From Chloropicon primus (lineage: Eukaryota), in assembly GCA_023205875.1 (NCBI GenBank), contig CP060754.1:1054001-1118000 (forward strand): 64,000 bases of DNA. Reading direction: 5' to 3'. The notes below the pieces were generated by a model, which ran no database searches, was not told the DNA's origin, and was given only the letters and a program-made list of their open reading frames with translations. The position numbers were made by a program, and so were the translations under genes. Below are positions 62,630-64,000 of the stretch, piece after piece. The stretch's first letter is position 1; the number at the start of each line of letters is the position of its first letter.

Positions 62630-63081
62630 CACGACGACAACCACACCACACCACGACGAAGATGAAGATGAAGATGAAGACTCCACTCTCCTTCCCTCCA
62701 ATAAAAAGAAAAAAAACCAAAGAGTCGCGTCGTTTCCCAAGGAGATCAAAGCTTGGGCGAGGCTTCCGCTTAGACGACGAAAGGTTCACGTCCCCTCCTC
62801 CTCCTCCTCCTCCTCCTCGTCCTCGTCGTCCTCGTCGTCCTCGTTCCTCGTTCCTCGTTCTCTCTCCTGCGCAGCCACCTTATCTCTTCTCTTCCTCGCT
62901 TTCAGAAGAGAGAGAGAGAGAGAGAGAACTTGTGGCACGAAAGTTAAGGACGAGTGGGGGAGAGGAGAGGAACGAGGGCGAGACAGACAGAAGCGTCTTC
63001 TCTTCGGCTTTCGAACGATATTTTGTTTGAAAGAAACGGCGCTCTGGTGAGGATTTGACGACCGGAGTGGTGTGTTTAGGG

Positions 63082-63672
63082 ATGATGGACAGGTTGGGTT
63101 TGGGTGTGTTGAGGACGGCGAGGAGGTGGGGAAGCAGGTGGCCAGGGTCGTGCAGGTGTGAGAGGACCATCGCGAGTGCGTTGGAGAAGACCTCGAGCTG
63201 CGGAAGTGGCGGAGACGGTGCGACGGAGAGGGGTGGAGGCCAGGCGAATGCGAAAGTTGAGACTCGCAATGGCGGTGGAAGCCTCCGCTTGGGTTGGGAG
63301 AGCAGCGTCGCTGGCAGGACTCTGGACGCGTTGTCGATGTCGCGTGCTTGGAGCCCCCTGACGCAGGCGAAATCGTATTCCGGAGGAGCCGAGGAGGGGG
63401 AGAGGGGCTACTTTCCGCTGAGGAACTCGGTCGCGAAGACTTTCAACTTGAAACCGATAGAGCTTCCCTACCCAAAGATGTTCAAGAAGCGGCACAAGAG
63501 GATGCTTCAGAGGCTCGAGTTTGCTAGGCTGGAGGTCGCCATTAGGAAGAGAAACACGCGGGAAGCCAGGGCCAGGAAGATGGAGAAGAGGCGAGAAAAG
63601 TGGAGGGCCGCGGTGAAGAGGAAGGAGGAGTGGGAGGCGTACTTGAAGTCAAAAGAAGAGCAGCAAGTGTAA
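63082..63672 (+). CDS. Hypothetical basic protein, possibly mitochondrial
   Basis: Arg-rich presequence-like N-terminus, highly basic helical C-terminus, GC3-biased codons. Confidence 0.6.
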   Translation: MMDRLGLGVLRTARRWGSRWPGSCRCERTIASALEKTSSCGSGGDGATERGGGQANAKVETRNGGGSLRLGWESSVAGRTLDALSMSRAWSPLTQAKSYSGGAEEGERGYFPLRNSVAKTFNLKPIELPYPKMFKKRHKRMLQRLEFARLEVAIRKRNTREARARKMEKRREKWRAAVKRKEEWEAYLKSKEEQQV

Positions 63673-63728
63673 ACAAACAAAACAAAGGTATATATTCCAC
63701 ACGGGTATATGCAAAATATGTATTCACG

Positions 63729-64000
63729 TTATTCTTTGCCACGGACGCTCAAGCAGAACTTGCTGCCCTTCAGCTCGTACTGCGAGAAGTTGGTGTTACT
63801 GAAGCTCCACTGCAGACCAAAGTTGTCGATCTCATAACACCCCTCGGCGAAAATACAGACCGTGGCTGCCACCTCCTTTGTCTCCAGAGGCTGGAGATCA
63901 TAAAACTTGTGAACAAGCTTGCCGCACCAGCAGTACGGCAGGCACCCCAACAAGTCGTTCCTCTCCGTCACAATAGACTGCCCGTTCGCGGAACTCTTGT
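63729..64000 (-). CDS. 3' end of a gene, possibly TRAPPC8/Trs85
   Basis: Frame open from the window edge. PYCWCG...LQPLETKEVAATVCIFAEGCYEIDNFGLQW resembles the Ig-like C-terminus of Trs85 (recognition only). Confidence 0.5.
   Translation of the reverse strand, partial: KSSANGQSIVTERNDLLGCLPYCWCGKLVHKFYDLQPLETKEVAATVCIFAEGCYEIDNFGLQWSFSNTNFSQYELKGSKFCLSVRGKE

Overview
Gene-dense, intron-poor, GC-rich eukaryotic nuclear DNA from a green alga. It carries nuclear-encoded plastid genes PETM and SQD1, TGTAA poly(A) signals, and GT-AG introns with CTGAC/CTAAC branch points. The compact layout suggests a picoplanktonic chlorophyte such as Chloropicon, but that is an inference. About 30 mostly housekeeping genes are present: CTR9, PRP4, RBM34, an FG-nucleoporin, MER3, U1-70K, GPN3, clathrin heavy chain, a NERD1-like gene, tepsin/MTV1, PETM, MCM5, a MFAP1-like gene, POLD1, NOT1, SQD1, NIPA, TPX2, CMC4, VPS22, PSF3 and a bZIP. 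The standout is a 342-aa full-length intein with an apparently intact LAGLIDADG homing endonuclease. It is inserted in the catalytic YGD^TDS motif of nuclear DNA polymerase delta (42925-43950), has codon usage unlike the host, and sits at the site used by giant-virus and archaeal PolB inteins. Secondary highlights are a candidate bicistronic CMC4-VPS22 locus (10-nt spacer, no intervening ATG), a spliced 63-aa Tyr/Asn/Gly-rich microprotein gene only partly seen by the ORF track, a C-terminally truncated MFAP1, and several unexplained promoter repeats. Gene identities come from motif recognition only; no database searches were run.
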